A stretch of 64,000 nt of DNA. Source: Mobula hypostoma. Lineage: Eukaryota. A program made the translations under genes and the position numbers. Location: positions 88,104,001-88,168,000 of the forward strand of contig NC_086097.1 of NCBI RefSeq assembly GCF_963921235.1, read 5' to 3'. Positions 13,643 through 27,166 of this stretch are shown one piece after another. The first letter of the stretch is position 1. Every line of letters begins with the position of its first letter. The notes below the pieces were generated by a model. It was given only the letters and a program-made list of their open reading frames with translations. It searched no databases and was not told the DNA's origin.

Positions 13643-15061
13643 TTAGGACAGGACTGGGTCCCTCTCTGTCCACTGCCTGATCTGGGTCACCTTTACAGGT
13701 GTCTCTGACAGCCTCTCCAATGAAAACACAGTCTCTGGAGGCACATATGTAGTAACAGGTGTCTCAGGTAAAGGTAGTCGACTCAGTGCATCGGCGTTTG
13801 CATTATCCCCACCCGCTCTGTACACTATAGTGTACCGGTAGGCTGACAATGTAAGAGCCCAACGCTGTATCCTGGCTGAGGCTAGCGGTGGGATGCATCT
13901 AGTCTCACTGAACAGGCTCATCAGTGGTTTATGGTCCGTATAAATTGTAAATACGCGTCCATAAAGGTACTGATGAAAGCGTTTGACCACAAAAACAATG
14001 GCCAGACCTTCTTTGTCTAGCTGTGAATATCCCTTCTCAACAGCTGTCAGGGCACGTGAAGCAAAACCAATAGGCTTCTCTGAACGGTCCTCCATTACAT
14101 GTGAGAGAACTGCCCCGACTCTATAGGGCGAGGCATTGCATGCAAGGGTTATCTCCTTGTCTGGGTCATAGTGAACAAGCAGCTTCCCTGAGTGGAGGAG
14201 TTCTTTCACTTGCTTGAAAGCCTTCTCCTGCTCTTCACCCCACTGCCACTTAGTGTCATTGTGAAGCAGCTTATACAGTGGGGTCAAAACCCTTGAGAGG
14301 CCAGGAAGGAACTTGCCATAACAATTCACCATGCCCAAAAATGATCTGAGTTCCGTGACAGTCTTAGGGCTTGGGGCTTCCTTAATAGCTCTAACTTTGT
14401 CCTCCACAGGGCAAAGTCCCTCAGCTGTGATCTTGCGTCTCAGGTAAGTCACACTCGATGCCAGGAACACACATTTTCCACGTTTCAACCGCTGCCCTGC
14501 GTCTGAGATCCTCTTCAGCACCCGTTCTAAATTAGCCAGATGCTCCACCTCCGTAGCCCCCATGATCAAATTATCATCAAGGTACACTGCTACGTGTGGA
14601 ATCCCCTGTAGCAAAGTGTCCATTGTCTTTTGGAAAATGGTAGGGCTGGACGCTACTCCAAACACCAGGCGATTGTACTTGAACAATCCCTTGTGCGTAT
14701 TAATTGTGACATACTCCTTTGAATCCTCATCGAGCAGCAGCTGTTGGTAGGCATGGCTCAGGTCCAGCTTTGTGAACAGCGTTCCCCCTGACAGGGTCGC
14801 AAACAGGTCATCCACCCGTGGCAATGGGTACTCCTCCAGCCTAGAGACCTGATTCACCGTAAGCTTATAATCCCCACATATCCTCACCGTTTTGTCTGCC
14901 TTCAAAACTGGAACAATGGGAGCCACCCACCTTGAAAACTGGACGGGCTCAATAATGCCCAGCCTCTGTACATGTTCCAGCTCCTCCTCGACTTTGCCTT
15001 TCATGGCATAGGGCACCGACCTGGGCTTTAAAAAAACGTGGTGTAGCCTCGGGGTCGACAT
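13643..15061 (-). pseudogene. Gypsy pol RT-RNase H segment
   Basis: 472-aa ORF with PIVPVLK, RICGDYK, YPLP, KLDLSHAY, YLDD, LRSFLG, YSQLDKEGLA and NADALSR. Confidence 0.93.
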
Positions 15062-16592
15062 GGAGTTTCACTGTCATACCCTTCAGTGTTCCCAGCTTGT
15101 CCCTGAAAACGTCACTGTACCGCTGCAGAATGTCTTCCGTCGTGTGTGCATACTTAATTTTACGCCAGTTTAGCCGGATTTTGCAAAGCCAATTGTGACC
15201 CAAAAGACTGCGCCCCCTGCCCTTAGGTATCACTAGCCTGGCTTCAGTCTTCTGACCCCCGGCTGAAATGTCCACATATAACACCCCTAAATGTGGCATG
15301 GGCTGCCCCGTATAGGTCCTAAGTTTGAGCTTTGATGGTCTAATGGGAGGCAGGTTGGACCCCCATGTCCTCCTGTAGGTCTCCTCACTAATGACCGATG
15401 CAGTAGCCCCTGAATCAATCTCAAACTTAATGTCCTTTCCCCTGACAGTGACTGTGGCATAATATGGTTCAGGTGGTTCCTCATCTGTTTCCACTGCAAA
15501 CATGTTGTAGGCACACGCTGCCTCTTCATCTGCTTCTTCTAGATGGTGTGTGGCTGCCTGAGCCCTGTTGAGCTTTCCCCTGCCCAGGCTTAATCTTACC
15601 CTTTGAACTTCTGCACTTTTTAGCTAAATGTCTCTTTTTGCTGCATGCATGGCAGACAGTGTCTTTGAATTTGCAATCATTTGCATAGTGCGTCCCTCCA
15701 CACCGGAAACATTCCACCCGCTTTGCCTGTTTACCAGTCTCCCTCCCGACTTGGTGCACTGCTGCCGACTGCGACCCCCATGTCCTTTCTGGATATCCTT
15801 GACATTATTAGCATCCATCTCCATGCCTTGGGCAATCTCTAAAGCTTTCTTGAAAGTCAGCAGCGGGGTTTCCCCTAACAGGCGGCGTTGCATGCCGTCA
15901 TTATTAATGCCGCATACCAATCAATCACGGAGTATGTCATTCAACACCGCTCCGAAATCACAATGCTCCGACAGCTGCCGAAGCTTTGCCACAAAATTGG
16001 TCGCATACTGACCTGGCTTCCTGAAACGGCTGTGAAACTTACACCATTCGACTATCACAGAAGGTTTCGGATTGTAGTGGTTCCCCACGAGCTTGACCAG
16101 TTCATTATATGGAATGTCCCCATTTCTGCGGTGCGACTAAATTCCTTATTAGCTTGTAAGTCTTTGCCCTACACTCACTCAGGAGAATAGAGTGTTTCTT
16201 AGCCTTCTCAGTAATTCCATTAGCACAGAAAAAGTGTCCCAACCATTCCTCATACTCCGGCCAGTCCTCGTTTCCTTCCAGAAATTCACCGATAGTTCTA
16301 AACATAGCCATCTGAAACGCAAAGCTCCTGTTCAAAAAAAATATGCCAATACGTTCACAAAACCAGTTTACCTTGTCACCAAAAATATGTTGTTACTTCT
16401 ACTTTGAAAAAGGCACACTCGACAACTTCATGCCAAACAAACAACTTGATCTCGAACTTCAAAACCGTTATGTATATACAGAGGCTTTCACAACCTATAC
16501 AGCATGGCAGGCACACTATATACAAAGCACACCAGAAGTAAAAAGAACAGAAGTAATAACCCTGCATTATCCTAATCAGTATTAATTTACCA

Positions 16593-16930
16593 CTGTGGTT
16601 GGTCCCAGGCGGTGGGTCGAGGGGGTCAGAGGGGATCAAATGGTGGAAAGAAGACTCCTTTAATTGAGCTTCAACTGTGTGCATGAAGTGGTTGAACTTT
16701 GATAACTTTTGCATCTTTTATTTTCCTTTTATATTTCATCTCCATTAATTACATAATTCCAGTAAAGTGTAATCATTTAATCGCATATGGTGTATTGTCA
16801 TTATTTGGAGGGGTGGGGTACATCACACAGCATCCACACAAACTTGATTACCCATTTTGGCGGGGCTGAAGGCTTGCTCCCCCTAGACGAAAGCCAGTTG
16901 AGCGAGCCTGAGGCTTACCAGGGGACTACA
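16593..16930 (+). mobile_element. Truncated LTR of a second family inserted in the Gypsy 5' LTR
   Basis: Reverse-complement homologous to 26048-26400. It ends GGGGACTACA, and the host LTR resumes with CTCACTTTACAACA. Confidence 0.8.
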
Positions 16931-19802
16931 CTCACTTTACAACACATACCTTGGCTCATTGCGGCCAAAACGTTCTATTTTAACTTCATCAGTCCACAGG
17001 ACTAGTTTCCAAAATGCATCAGGCTTGTTTAGATGTTCCTTTGCAAACTTCTGACACTGAGTTTTGTGGTGAGGATGCAGGAAAGGTTTTCTTCTGATGA
17101 CTCTTCCATGAAGGTCATACTTGTGCGGGTGTCGCTGCACAGTAGAACAGTGCACCACCACTCCAGAGTCTGCTAAATCTTCCTGAAGGTCCTTTGCAGT
17201 CAAACGGGGGTTTTGATTAGCAATCCTACAAGTATTTCTCTCGGAAAGTTTTCTTGGTCTTCCAGACCTCAACTTGACCTCCACCATTCCTGTTGACTAA
17301 CATTTCTTAATTACATTACGAACTGAGGAAACTGCTACCTGAAAATGCTTTGCTATCTTCTTATAGCCTTCTCCTGCTTTGTGGGCATCATTTATCTTAA
17401 TTCTCAGAGTGCTGGGCAGCTGCTTAGAGGAGCCCAGGGCTGCTGATTGTTGGGACAAGGTTTGAGGAGTCAGGGTATTTAAAAAGCTTTGAAATTTGCA
17501 TCACCTGGCCTTTCCTAATGTTGACTGTGAACAAACCATAGCCCTAACAAGCTAAATAAGGTCTGAGACCTTGGTAAAAGTTATCTGAGAGCTCAAATCT
17601 CTTGGGATGCCCAAACTTTTGCATAGTGCTCCTTTCCTTTTTTTCACTCTAAAATTGTGCAAAACAAAAATATATCCTAATCTTGCTTAAAATGTCGAAA
17701 AGAATGTTTCATCTTTAACTTTATGACTTTTGGAGATCAGTTCATCTTCTACTCACTTAACTATTCACAGTAACAGAAATTTTGACTTGGGGTGCCCAAA
17801 CCTTTGCATGCTACTGTACCTCCTGCTCTCTAACTTTCCTTAAGTGACTTTCTCGTTTGAGATGGGCAGGAAATACAACTTGGCAAGGCAGTGGTAGAGG
17901 TTCAAGAAGGAAATGAGGACCAAAGTACACATCTTTCAAATGCATACCAAAGCTACTGCGCCTCTGTGTAACATAACTTGAAAGTGAGACCTGTACTTGG
18001 TAAGTCACTGGGTGCAAATGGCCTGCAGCCAAAGTAGAGGGAAAGGGCAGTGCTGCTGCCCACTTGCTAGAGTGGGTATTTCTGCATGGACTCAAATGAA
18101 AATTCTAATGAGGCAGCCCCTTGGATGAAAACTGAAATACCAGGGCATTGGTGGCTGGTCAGAAAGCCCAAGCAAAACTTAATGTCGCTCATTTGGATGA
18201 GTCCAACATCAAGCTTTCGGAGAGTTTTACTTTAGAAAATCTTAAACACGGGAAATTCTGCAGATGCTGGAAATTGACAGGAACAGGCACAAAATACTGG
18301 AGGTTCTCAGCAGGTCAGGCAGCATCTGTGGTAATGAAAAGACTGTCAATGTTTCGGGCAGAGGCTCTTCCTTGCTGTTTTGTCACTTATTGCTTTTTGA
18401 ATCAGAGTTATGGAGCTCTGCAGAGATTAGATTCTCGGTATGGTAGTGATGGGATTATGCCCAACAACAGTGAAATACCTTCATGTTGATGCTAATGTCT
18501 CAGTGTGAGTAAGTTATTTCCAGTGGAAAGACTGATGCAGTGGAAGCTGAGCTTGCTGCAATATAAACTCATGTTGCTTTCAAAACAGACCTTAAACTGT
18601 AGAACAGCCTACAAAATTGCAAAATTTAGCTTACTTATTCTCCAGCATACCAATGACTATGATCTCTTCCCCACTTTTAGTTTGATCCCCATCTCTGAAC
18701 AATCTGTTTGCTCTCTCCACTTACCATTTTGGCCCAGAATGATACAAATGTTGGGCTCCAACACCCCGTTGACTCCAGCCTTGAGGCTGACGTCTTCCTG
18801 GGCCCAGCTCTGGAAAGGAACAACAAGCAGCACATCACTGTTTAGGCTCTGTTGAGTTGGAGACACTGTGTGATGAGCACAAAGTGGGCAACTAATGGGA
18901 TACCAGAACCTTCCAGCATTTACATTTGAATTAGCATTTTTATTAAATCTGTGTTGATTTCAATATCCCAGGCTGCTCAAATGGATTTTGAGGCCCTTGC
19001 TGATTTTTAAATGATTATTGCTTTTTATTTTCATCTCAATTTTATGGGAGATGAAGGCCAGTGGAAAACCTAGACTGTTGGAACTTGCGAATTGGGATTG
19101 GTGACTTAACAAGTCAGTGTGGGAATGGTGCGGATAGGGTTGTGGTTCAGGTGTGATGGTATTGGATTGGTTGTAAAGGAAATCTTTTCAGTGCTTATGA
19201 AATAGGACCAAGGAAGAAGCATAGTTATTTACTTAACCTTGCAGCTCTCCGAGGTCAGCTCTGCAATGTGAAGTTCATGTAAATAATAGTTATCTTCAAT
19301 GTGACGTAGTTTAAGTTTACTTATGATTCTCTAAAAGAGTTTATGCCCAGGAAATCATTCTATGTGCCCTTGAGCTGAGAATGACGTTGGGCATTTGCTG
19401 ATGATAGAACGTGCCTGGCTGAATTGTCCAAATGACAGGAAGCAACTCAGAGATGGTCATTACCATGGTCCCATTGCAGAAAAGTAATCGATTTTCAATT
19501 GCACCATGAAGAACAGTTGCACTTCCAGGCAAAGCTCTTTAAAATAAATTCTGCCAGTGTTGTGAGTGAAAATAAGGAAATGCAGTCATGTTGAACAATA
19601 ACTTCACATCAATATTTACAGTTGACAAATAGAGAGTATACTGGCCATTAAAAGGAAAACAGTTTGGGAAAACAGGGATGCCAAATGACCTTTTTCCATG
19701 TTTTACAATTCTGCAACTCTCGATGATCATTGTAATTAATATAATGTCCCCAACAAGTGACAACTACACTGGGTAACATAGTTACAATTCTAAGGGTTTA
19801 AA

Positions 19803-19878
19803 GCAGGGGTTCCCAACCTGGGGTAAACAGCCCCCTCAGTTCTATGGTTCTTGGCATAAAAATGTTGCGTCCCTTGGT
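19803..19878. mobile_element. ~80-bp hAT-type MITE (related copy at about 32995-33073)
   Basis: CAGGGGTTCCCAACCTGGGG 5' end. The second copy ends AAGGTTGGGAACCCCTG. Confidence 0.55.
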
Positions 19879-19949
19879 TCAAAGGATGGAGTTGCACAAA
19901 CAGGCCTTATCTTGATCTTCCAAAGTTCTTCTAAATTGTGAAGTGTTCC

Positions 19950-20436
19950 TTCATTGCACCTGCTGTTTCACTATTGAAGAGAGATGATCAAAGGAAACTA
20001 AGGACTTGTAGGCCAGTCAACCTCACATCTGTTTTGAGAAAATTACAAGAGCATGTAGCATGTAGCTGGTGTACCTGACCAGCTTGAAAATATTCACCTG
20101 TTCAGAGTAACCAGCATGGGTTTGTTAAAGGCGAGGTTTATTTTGACAAATCTGAATTTGTTTGAGCAGCTGTCTAAAGTGGTGCCCAGGAGGAATGCAT
20201 GCACATTACTCACATGGACTAATATAAGGTATTCAATATGATCCCCATAACAGATTTCTGGCTAACTCATAGAACTGGAGGAAAATCATTGTCTCAATTT
20301 GGAAACTGGACAATGGAGAGGTACTCAAATTGGCAAGATGTGACTGGTAGTATCTTCCAAGCATCTATGTGAGGGTCTCAAATATTCATTATATTTATTA
20401 ACAAGATGGATAATATAAAGGAAAGAGTGAGTGTGA

Positions 20437-20483
<47 letters not shown>

Positions 20484-20610
20484 TGATTACATTAATATGG
20501 GCAGTATAGATGGAACAATAAATTACAAAGAATCACAAATCGATTAAGTGAGTTGTTGAATCAATAGAAAATGCAGGTAAGATGAGGTAATCCACTTTGG
20601 CCTTAAACAG
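19950..20610 (+). mobile_element. Old CR1 LINE RT fragment containing a (GA)n tract
   Basis: Degenerate YRPVNLTS, NQHGFVKG, LTNL and KxFxxxPH motifs. (GA)n at about 20441-20480. The element continues at 22310-22700. Confidence 0.7.
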
Positions 20611-20619
20611 AGTCGAACA

Positions 20620-22305
20620 AAGTAACACACACAAGATGATGGAGCAACTCAGCAAGTCAGGCAGAATCTGTGGAAATGAATAAATAGTCGACCTTTTGGG
20701 CCGAGACCCTTTATCGGGACTGGAAAAGAAGAGGGAAGATGACAGAATAAAAAAATGGGGGAGGGGAAGGAGGTGAGCTAGAAGATGATAGGTGAACCAG
20801 GTGGGTAGGAAATGTTAACAGCTGGAGAGGAAGGAATCTGAATGGACAGGAAAGTAGACCATAGGAGAAAGTGAAGGAGAAATCAATATTCGTGCCATCA
20901 GGTTCAAGGCTACCCAGATGGACAATAAGGTGTTGCTCCTCCACCTTGAAGGTGGCCTCATTGTGGCACAAGAGGAGGCCACGGACTGACATGTCAGAAT
21001 GGGAATAGGAATTGTAATTAAAATGTTTGGCTGCTGGGAACTCTGCCTGTGGCAGATGAAGCGGAGGTGCTCGACGAAGCAGTCCCCCAACTTACGACGT
21101 GTTTCACTAATGTAGACATGATAGAAAACCCCAGCAGATTCACAGGTAAACTGTTGCCTCACTTGGAAGGACTGTTAGGGGCCCTGAATGGAGGTGAGGG
21201 AGGAGGTGAATGGGTAGGTGCAGCACTTTAGCCACTTGCAGGGAAGAGTGCTGGGAGGGAGATTAGTGGAGAGGGAAAAATGGACAAGGGAATCACTGAG
21301 GGAGCAATCCTTGTGAAAACGGAGGCCGGGGTGGGGGGGATGAAGTAAAGATATGTTTGGTCGTAGGATCCTTATGGAGATGGCAGAAGTCGGGGAAAAT
21401 GATGGGTTGAATGCAGAGGCTCATGGGGTGGTAAGTAAGGACAAGAGGAACTCCATCACTGTTAAAATGATGGGAAGATAGGTGAGTGCGTATGTTTGGG
21501 AAATGGAGGAGATGCAGGTGAGGGCAGCATCAATGGTGGAGGAAAGGAAATGTGTTTTTTGAAGAAGGAGGACATGTCCTGGAAAGAAAAACAGCATCCT
21601 AGGAACAGATGCAGTGGAGATAAAGGAACAGAGAAAATGGAATGACAATTTTACAGGAGGCAGGGTGGAAGAGGTAGAGTCAAGATAGCTGTGGGAATCA
21701 GTTCGTTTATAACCGATGTCGGTCAGCTGTTTGTCTCCAGAGATGGAGACAGAGAAATTGAGAAAGGGGAAGGAAGTGTCAGAAGTGGACCAAGTGAATT
21801 TAAGGACCAGGTTAGGAGCATTACCAACGAAGGCTTGTAACATGGACTGTCCTGCGCAGAAAACAAAAATGCAAGCATACCTAGGGTCCATGTTAGTGTC
21901 CATGGTTATGCCTCAAGTCTGGAGAAAGTGGGAAGAGCTGAAGGAAAAATTGTGAGGAAAATTTGTGAAAAAAAGTGTGAGGATCACTTCTGCTAGACAG
22001 AGGAGAGTGGTGGTGGAGGGGAACTGGTTGGTGTTTTTATTGAGAAAGAAGCAGAGAGTTTTAAGGTCTTCTTGAGGGGGGACAGAAGTTTATAGGGACT
22101 AGACACCCATGATGAAAATGAGGCAGTCAGGGCCAAGGAATTGAAAGTTACTGAGCAGATCGATAGCATGAGAAGTGCTGTGGATGTAGGTGGGATGGGA
22201 CTGAACCAAAAGGGTTAGAATGGAGTCGAGGTATGAGAACATGAGGTCAGTGAGGCAGGAGCAGGCTGAGACAATGGGCCTACCTGGTCAGTCTGGTTTG
22301 CATAG
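20620..22305 (-). mobile_element. Penelope-like element (RT plus GIY-YIG remnants)
   Basis: Minus ORFs contain TNMDPRYACIFV, LKFTWSTSDTSFPFLNFSV, KRTDSHSYLD, QFTCESAGV..YISETRRKLGDCFVEHL and EEQHL..LGSLEPDG. Confidence 0.9.
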
Positions 22306-24169
22306 AACAGAGATTTTCTAAATAGTAAGATGCTAGCAGCAATGGAGGTCTTTTGAGATGTAAAGGTCCAAGTACATGAATTGGTAATCTATTATGAACA
22401 CATGTGGAAAATAACTAGAGGCTTAGTGGAATCCTAGCCTTCATATATGGAGGACTAAAACGAGGGTGAATTTATGTTACATTTTTACATAATCCCTGAT
22501 TTGATCATAATGAATACCATGCTTGGGTACCACACTTAAGGAAGGATAGCAACTTTGTAAAGTAGATAGACTAAAATGATGCCTAAACTTTCAGTGTCCC
22601 ATTTCAAGGAAAGATGCACCGGCTTATTTTCCCTTGAATTTGCACCATTAAACAGTGAGTTTATTGACATATTAAAGCTAAAAAAGAAAATTGGTTGGGT
22701 AGAATATGGATAACTCTCTGCACAGTCCTGAAGAAGGGTCTTGGCCTGAAACATCGACTGGTTATTCATTCCATGGATGCTGACTGATCTGCTGAGTTCC
22801 TCCAGCATCTTGTGTCTGTAAATACTCGCACTGTTTGGGAATCTAGAAATGGGGCCACGGTTGAACTATTAGTGCAACATCTTGCGGAAGATAATGGAAA
22901 AAAATAAATTATTGTTGACTCTGGAAATCTGAATTAAAAATAGAAAATTTTGGTAGTGATCAGTGGGCAAGGCAGCATGTCAGACTGGTGACTTCTGATC
23001 ATGTTTCTCACGGAAGACCTGTTGAGTATTTTCTGTTTATTTCAAGAGCCATATTGAGAATGAATTTTAAAAGGGTGACAGAAGTTTAGATCTTTCTTCT
23101 CCAATGACTATTTAGGCTGCGTCAATAGCTTGTACTAATCTGAAACTGATATATTCTTGTCTTTCAAAATAATGAAGGAGTTTGAGTAAAGAGTGAGTTT
23201 TGGGTTTAGGTTGCAGCAAGCCATGATTTTAGTGAACGGAAGAACAGGCATGTAGGAAACCTATATAGGAGCATATTAACTGCATAATAACATGCTCAGA
23301 AATTTCACTATCAGTCAATTGACTTCAATGGAATTAAGATAGATAGATAGATATTTTATTGATCCCAAAGGAAGTTAAAATGTCACAGTAGCATTACAAG
23401 TGCACAGATATACAGATATTAGAAGCAAAAAAAAGAATAAAATTAATAGAATAAAAAAATAAATTACCTTAAAAAAGATGTACACCCCTAGTCTAAATGT
23501 TTGGTTTTTTTTGGAAAATAGAGAATTAACACAAGTAAAGGGAAATATTTGGGAAAGGGATTAAAAAAAAATGAAAAAATTAAGTAAATAAGGACATAGG
23601 GATTGGATAATTATGTCTGCGGGCAGGAACAAGCACAAACAAATTGGGATATAAACACCTACAATGGTGGGTATATAGGCTTGTATACAACATTTTGGAC
23701 CAGTGGAAATGGTCCGGAAGGGTTGTATGGAAACTATTATTACCATTTTTCTTAACAACTAATTTCATTACTTAGCCTAATAGGTTAGATTTACCACAGT
23801 ACATAATTATCTATTTAAATGTTTATTTTCCTTTTATATCATCTCAATGTGTACTTAAGAATGTATAAATAATTGTAGTTTTATACATATAAAAAAATGG
23901 AAAAGGTTATATGTGTGAAAAAAGTACATGATAATTGTGAATTCCTTATCCAAATAAAATAAAATTTTAAAAAAATGTACAAGATTTCCAAGTTCATACT
24001 GATAAGATGGTAGTGCAAGAATTACTGTAATATTATACAGTAATGGGTGCACATTCACACTGTCCAGATAAGAAGTGATGATAGTATTGCATTAGAATTG
24101 CACAGGGTGTCTGTGATAGCAGGGTGTGGTAAACGGAGCTAAAAAGAGCTTAAACAGGGTTCTGGTAAG

Positions 24170-25140
24170 CAGAAGCTAATAGCCTAACAAGAGGGGTCAT
24201 CATTTCCCCAGCTATAGGTTGACTCATTATAGAGCCCAATGCCCAAGGGTAAGAATTAGCTCATATTGCGCTCTTTGAAGCAGCCCAGTTGTCTTAGTCT
24301 ATTACTAAACGTGCTCCCCTGTTCAGCCAAGGTGGCAGAAGGTGAGAAACACTGTCCAGAATTGCCAGGATTTTCCAGAGGGTGTTTCGTTCTACCAGAG
24401 CCTCCAGTGTGTCCAGTTTGACTCCTATAACAGCCTTTCTAATCAGTCTACTGAGCCTGTTGGCATCACTGGTGATGATGCCATTGCCCCAGCACACCAC
24501 TGCATAGAAGATTGTACTGGCGACAACAGACTGGTAAAACATGTGAAGGAGAGGCCTGCACACTCCAAAGGACCTCAGTCTCCTCAGGAAGTAGGGGTGA
24601 CTCTGGCCCTTCTTGTACACAGCTTCTGTGTTGCTGCTTCACTCGAGTCTGTCATCCAGGTACATCCCAGTTACTTGTGGGTCCTCACCACATCCACGTC
24701 CTCACCATCAGTAGTAACAGGGAGCAGTGCAGGCTTAGTCTTCCTAAAGTCCATCACCATCTCCTTTGTCTTACTGATGTTGAGATGCAGATGATTCAAC
24801 TTCCTTCATTAGACCAAGTCCTCCACCAGGTCCCTGCATTCATCCTCCCATCCTCCCTTTATACACCTATTGTTGAGTCATCAGAGAATTTCTTCAGATG
24901 ACATAATTCAGTGTTGTAGCTAAAGTCTGAAGTATACAAAGTAAACAGGAAGGGAGCTAATACAGTCTCTTGTGGGGCCCCAGAGCTGCCTACAGCCATG
25001 TCTGACACACCAGGTCTGAAGCCACACAAACTGTAGTCTGCCAGTCAGGTAGTCCATTATCCAGGATACAATGGAAGTGCAAACTTGCATTGAATGGAGC
25101 TTTCCCCCAGCAATGAGGGCTGGAAGATGTAAGCCCTTGT
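24170..25140 (-). mobile_element. Rex1/Babar-like LINE 3' fragment
   Basis: WIMDYLTGRLQFV and YKKGQSHPYFLRRLRSFGVCRPLLHMFYQSVVASTIFYAVVCWG. Confidence 0.88.
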
Positions 25141-26047
25141 ACACTGCTTGTTTGGCATCACTCCACAAAGGGAATTTTCCAGATATTTATGTCTAAATTT
25201 ATGATTAATTACATAATGAATCGTATAACAATGTTCCTTCTGACGACAAATGAAGGGGGGGGGTTTAGAAAGCAAATTATTTCATAGTAATATTATTTTA
25301 TTCACTGAGAATCTAAACGTTGTTTCAAATGGACTCTCTCCCTTTATCCAACCTTTCCCTAACCAGTTTTTTGCTTTTCATTCACCAAGGTAGTTTTGCA
25401 CCATTATCTGAGATGATACATATCAGATATTTTACCAGCTCTGCGATTTCAGCTCAAAACTGCACCCGTTGGCACAGGATTTGCAGTGAACTGCCCCTGC
25501 TAAGCCTACAGGCAAAGTTTGCAACTGTATTGGGTGAATTTCTCAAATAAGTCCGATGAAAAATGCTGGTTCCATCCTCAGCATTGGGGCCTAGATGGTC
25601 GTAGATCATTCTGCTTAGAAATCCCATCACACATAGCCCACAGTCTACGACACTGAAAAATACTAATGATTGGCTTGGTAAAAACTGTTCAAACATTGTG
25701 TTTCTTAATATTCCTGCCATTCCAAAATATTCAAAACCATTGCAAAGATAATAGCAGAAAAAATATAATTTTAAAATGATAATGAAACTAAAGAGTAGTG
25801 CCATGAAGTAGCTAATAGAACTGCTGCACCACAGTTCCAACAACCACGATTCAATGCTGACCTCTGTTGCAATAGAATCAAAGGTTCGTACGATCAGAGA
25901 TGGGTCCTCTCACCCACCTCTTCCTTGCCAACCGTGATGTCTCTCTACACTAATCTTATCAGCCTGCATTAGGCCTGCACACCTTTCTGTCGATGTATTT
26001 GTCCAAGTGACTTTTAAATGTTGTAATTGTATCTGGATTTGTAATTG

Positions 26048-26706
26048 TGTAGCCCCCTGGCCACCCTCAGGGTCGCTCGGCTCACTGTCGTCTTGGGAAA
26101 CAGCCCTCGGCCCCGCCAAACTGGGTAATTAGTTTGTGTGGATGCTGTGTGATGTACCCCACCCCACCCAAATAACAGACAATACACCAGGTATGATTAA
26201 ATGATTTACAGTTTATAGATATTACTGGAACTATATAATTAATAGAGAATAAAATATAAAAGGCAAATAAAAGGCACCACACTTATCAAAGTTCAATCTC
26301 TTCGTGCACACAGTTGGAGCTCGGGATCCTTCTTCTTCACCCTGCGACCCCACGGACCACCTCGTCTGGCCGCCTGGGACCAACAATGGTGGTCTACCAG
26401 ACGCTCCACACGAGTCCGTCTCCGTCTCCCCTCCTTGCCGAATGCCCCACTCAGGGTCTGACCCTGTTAGCGGACTCACAGCACCTGGTCCATTCTCCGT
26501 CTCCCTCTCCCGCCTTCTGCCCCAAAACCCCGCGCATACAAATCTTCCAGATACACCAAAATCACAACAACTATCCCAATTGGTTAATAGCACCTGCCGT
26601 CTGTATTAACCCAAGCAAATGTCCAGCTGGAGACTTTCTCAGCATTTAACATAACAAAGAAGCCATTTTAATTAGCCCACGCAGTAAAAGACAAAACCCC
26701 CTTACA
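26048..26706 (-). mobile_element. Solo LTR
   Basis: TGTAG...TTACA termini with a 4-bp TSD ATTG (26044-26047 and 26707-26710). No coding interior. Strand is tentative. Confidence 0.85.
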
Positions 26707-26719
26707 ATTGTAATTGTAA

Positions 26720-27166
26720 CAGAAGAGACTGAGTCACCTGGGACTGTACTCGCTGGATTTCAGAAGAGTAAGAGGAGATCTTATAGAAACATATAACATT
26801 ATGAAAGGAATAGATAAGATAGAGGCAGGAAAGTTATTTCCACTGGTAGGTGAGACTAGAACTAGAGGACATAGCCTCAAGATTTGGGGGAGTAGATTTG
26901 GGACGGAGAAGAGGAGGAACTGCTTTTCCCTGAGGGTGGTGAATCTGTGGAATTCTCTGCCCAGTGAAGCAGTGGAGGCTACCTCAGTAAATATACTTAA
27001 GACAAGGTTGGATAAATTTTTGCATAGTAGGGGAATTAAGGGTTACGGGGAAAAGGTAGGTAGGTGGAGATGAGTCCATGGCCAGATCAGCCATGATCGT
27101 ATTGAATGGCGGAACAGGCTTGAAGGGCCAGATGGCCTATTCCTGCTCCTATTTCTTACATTCTTA
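26720..27166 (+). mobile_element. CR1 LINE 3' end
   Basis: RGDLIETYNIMKGIDK...TRGHSLK...FSLRVVNLWNSLP followed by the CR1 3'UTR 'gatggcctattcctgctcctatttctta'. Confidence 0.93.

Larger units (their letters stand above)
11918..16944 (-). mobile_element. Gypsy/Ty3 LTR retrotransposon, full length, frameshifted
   Basis: LTRs at 11918-12145 and 16388-16944 (TG...CA). PPT at 12146-12158. PBS TGGTGACAAGG at 16371-16381. Five-bp TSD CACAC/CATAC. gag has two CCHC-type knuckles (CFRCGGTHYANDC, CHACSKKRHLAKKC), followed by PR (IDSGA), RT (YLDD), RNase H and IN (H-H-C-C, DFAGP, TDNG). Confidence 0.96.
11171..17816 (-). mobile_element. Tc1-family transposon with both ~200-bp TIRs, split by a Gypsy insertion
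   Basis: TA|CAGTGACATACAAAAGTTTGGGCACCCC ... GGGGTGCCCAAACCTTTGCATGCTACTG|TA. Transposase N-half at 16945-17400 (GRPRKLS, LWTDEVKIE). C-half at 11392-11917 (QQDNDPKHTS...SPDLNIIENLW, DD34E-type). Confidence 0.95.

Noticed and set aside
25454..25843. 129-aa minus-strand ORF in non-repeat DNA
   Set aside because: No recognisable motif or clear splice structure, so I cannot support it as an exon.
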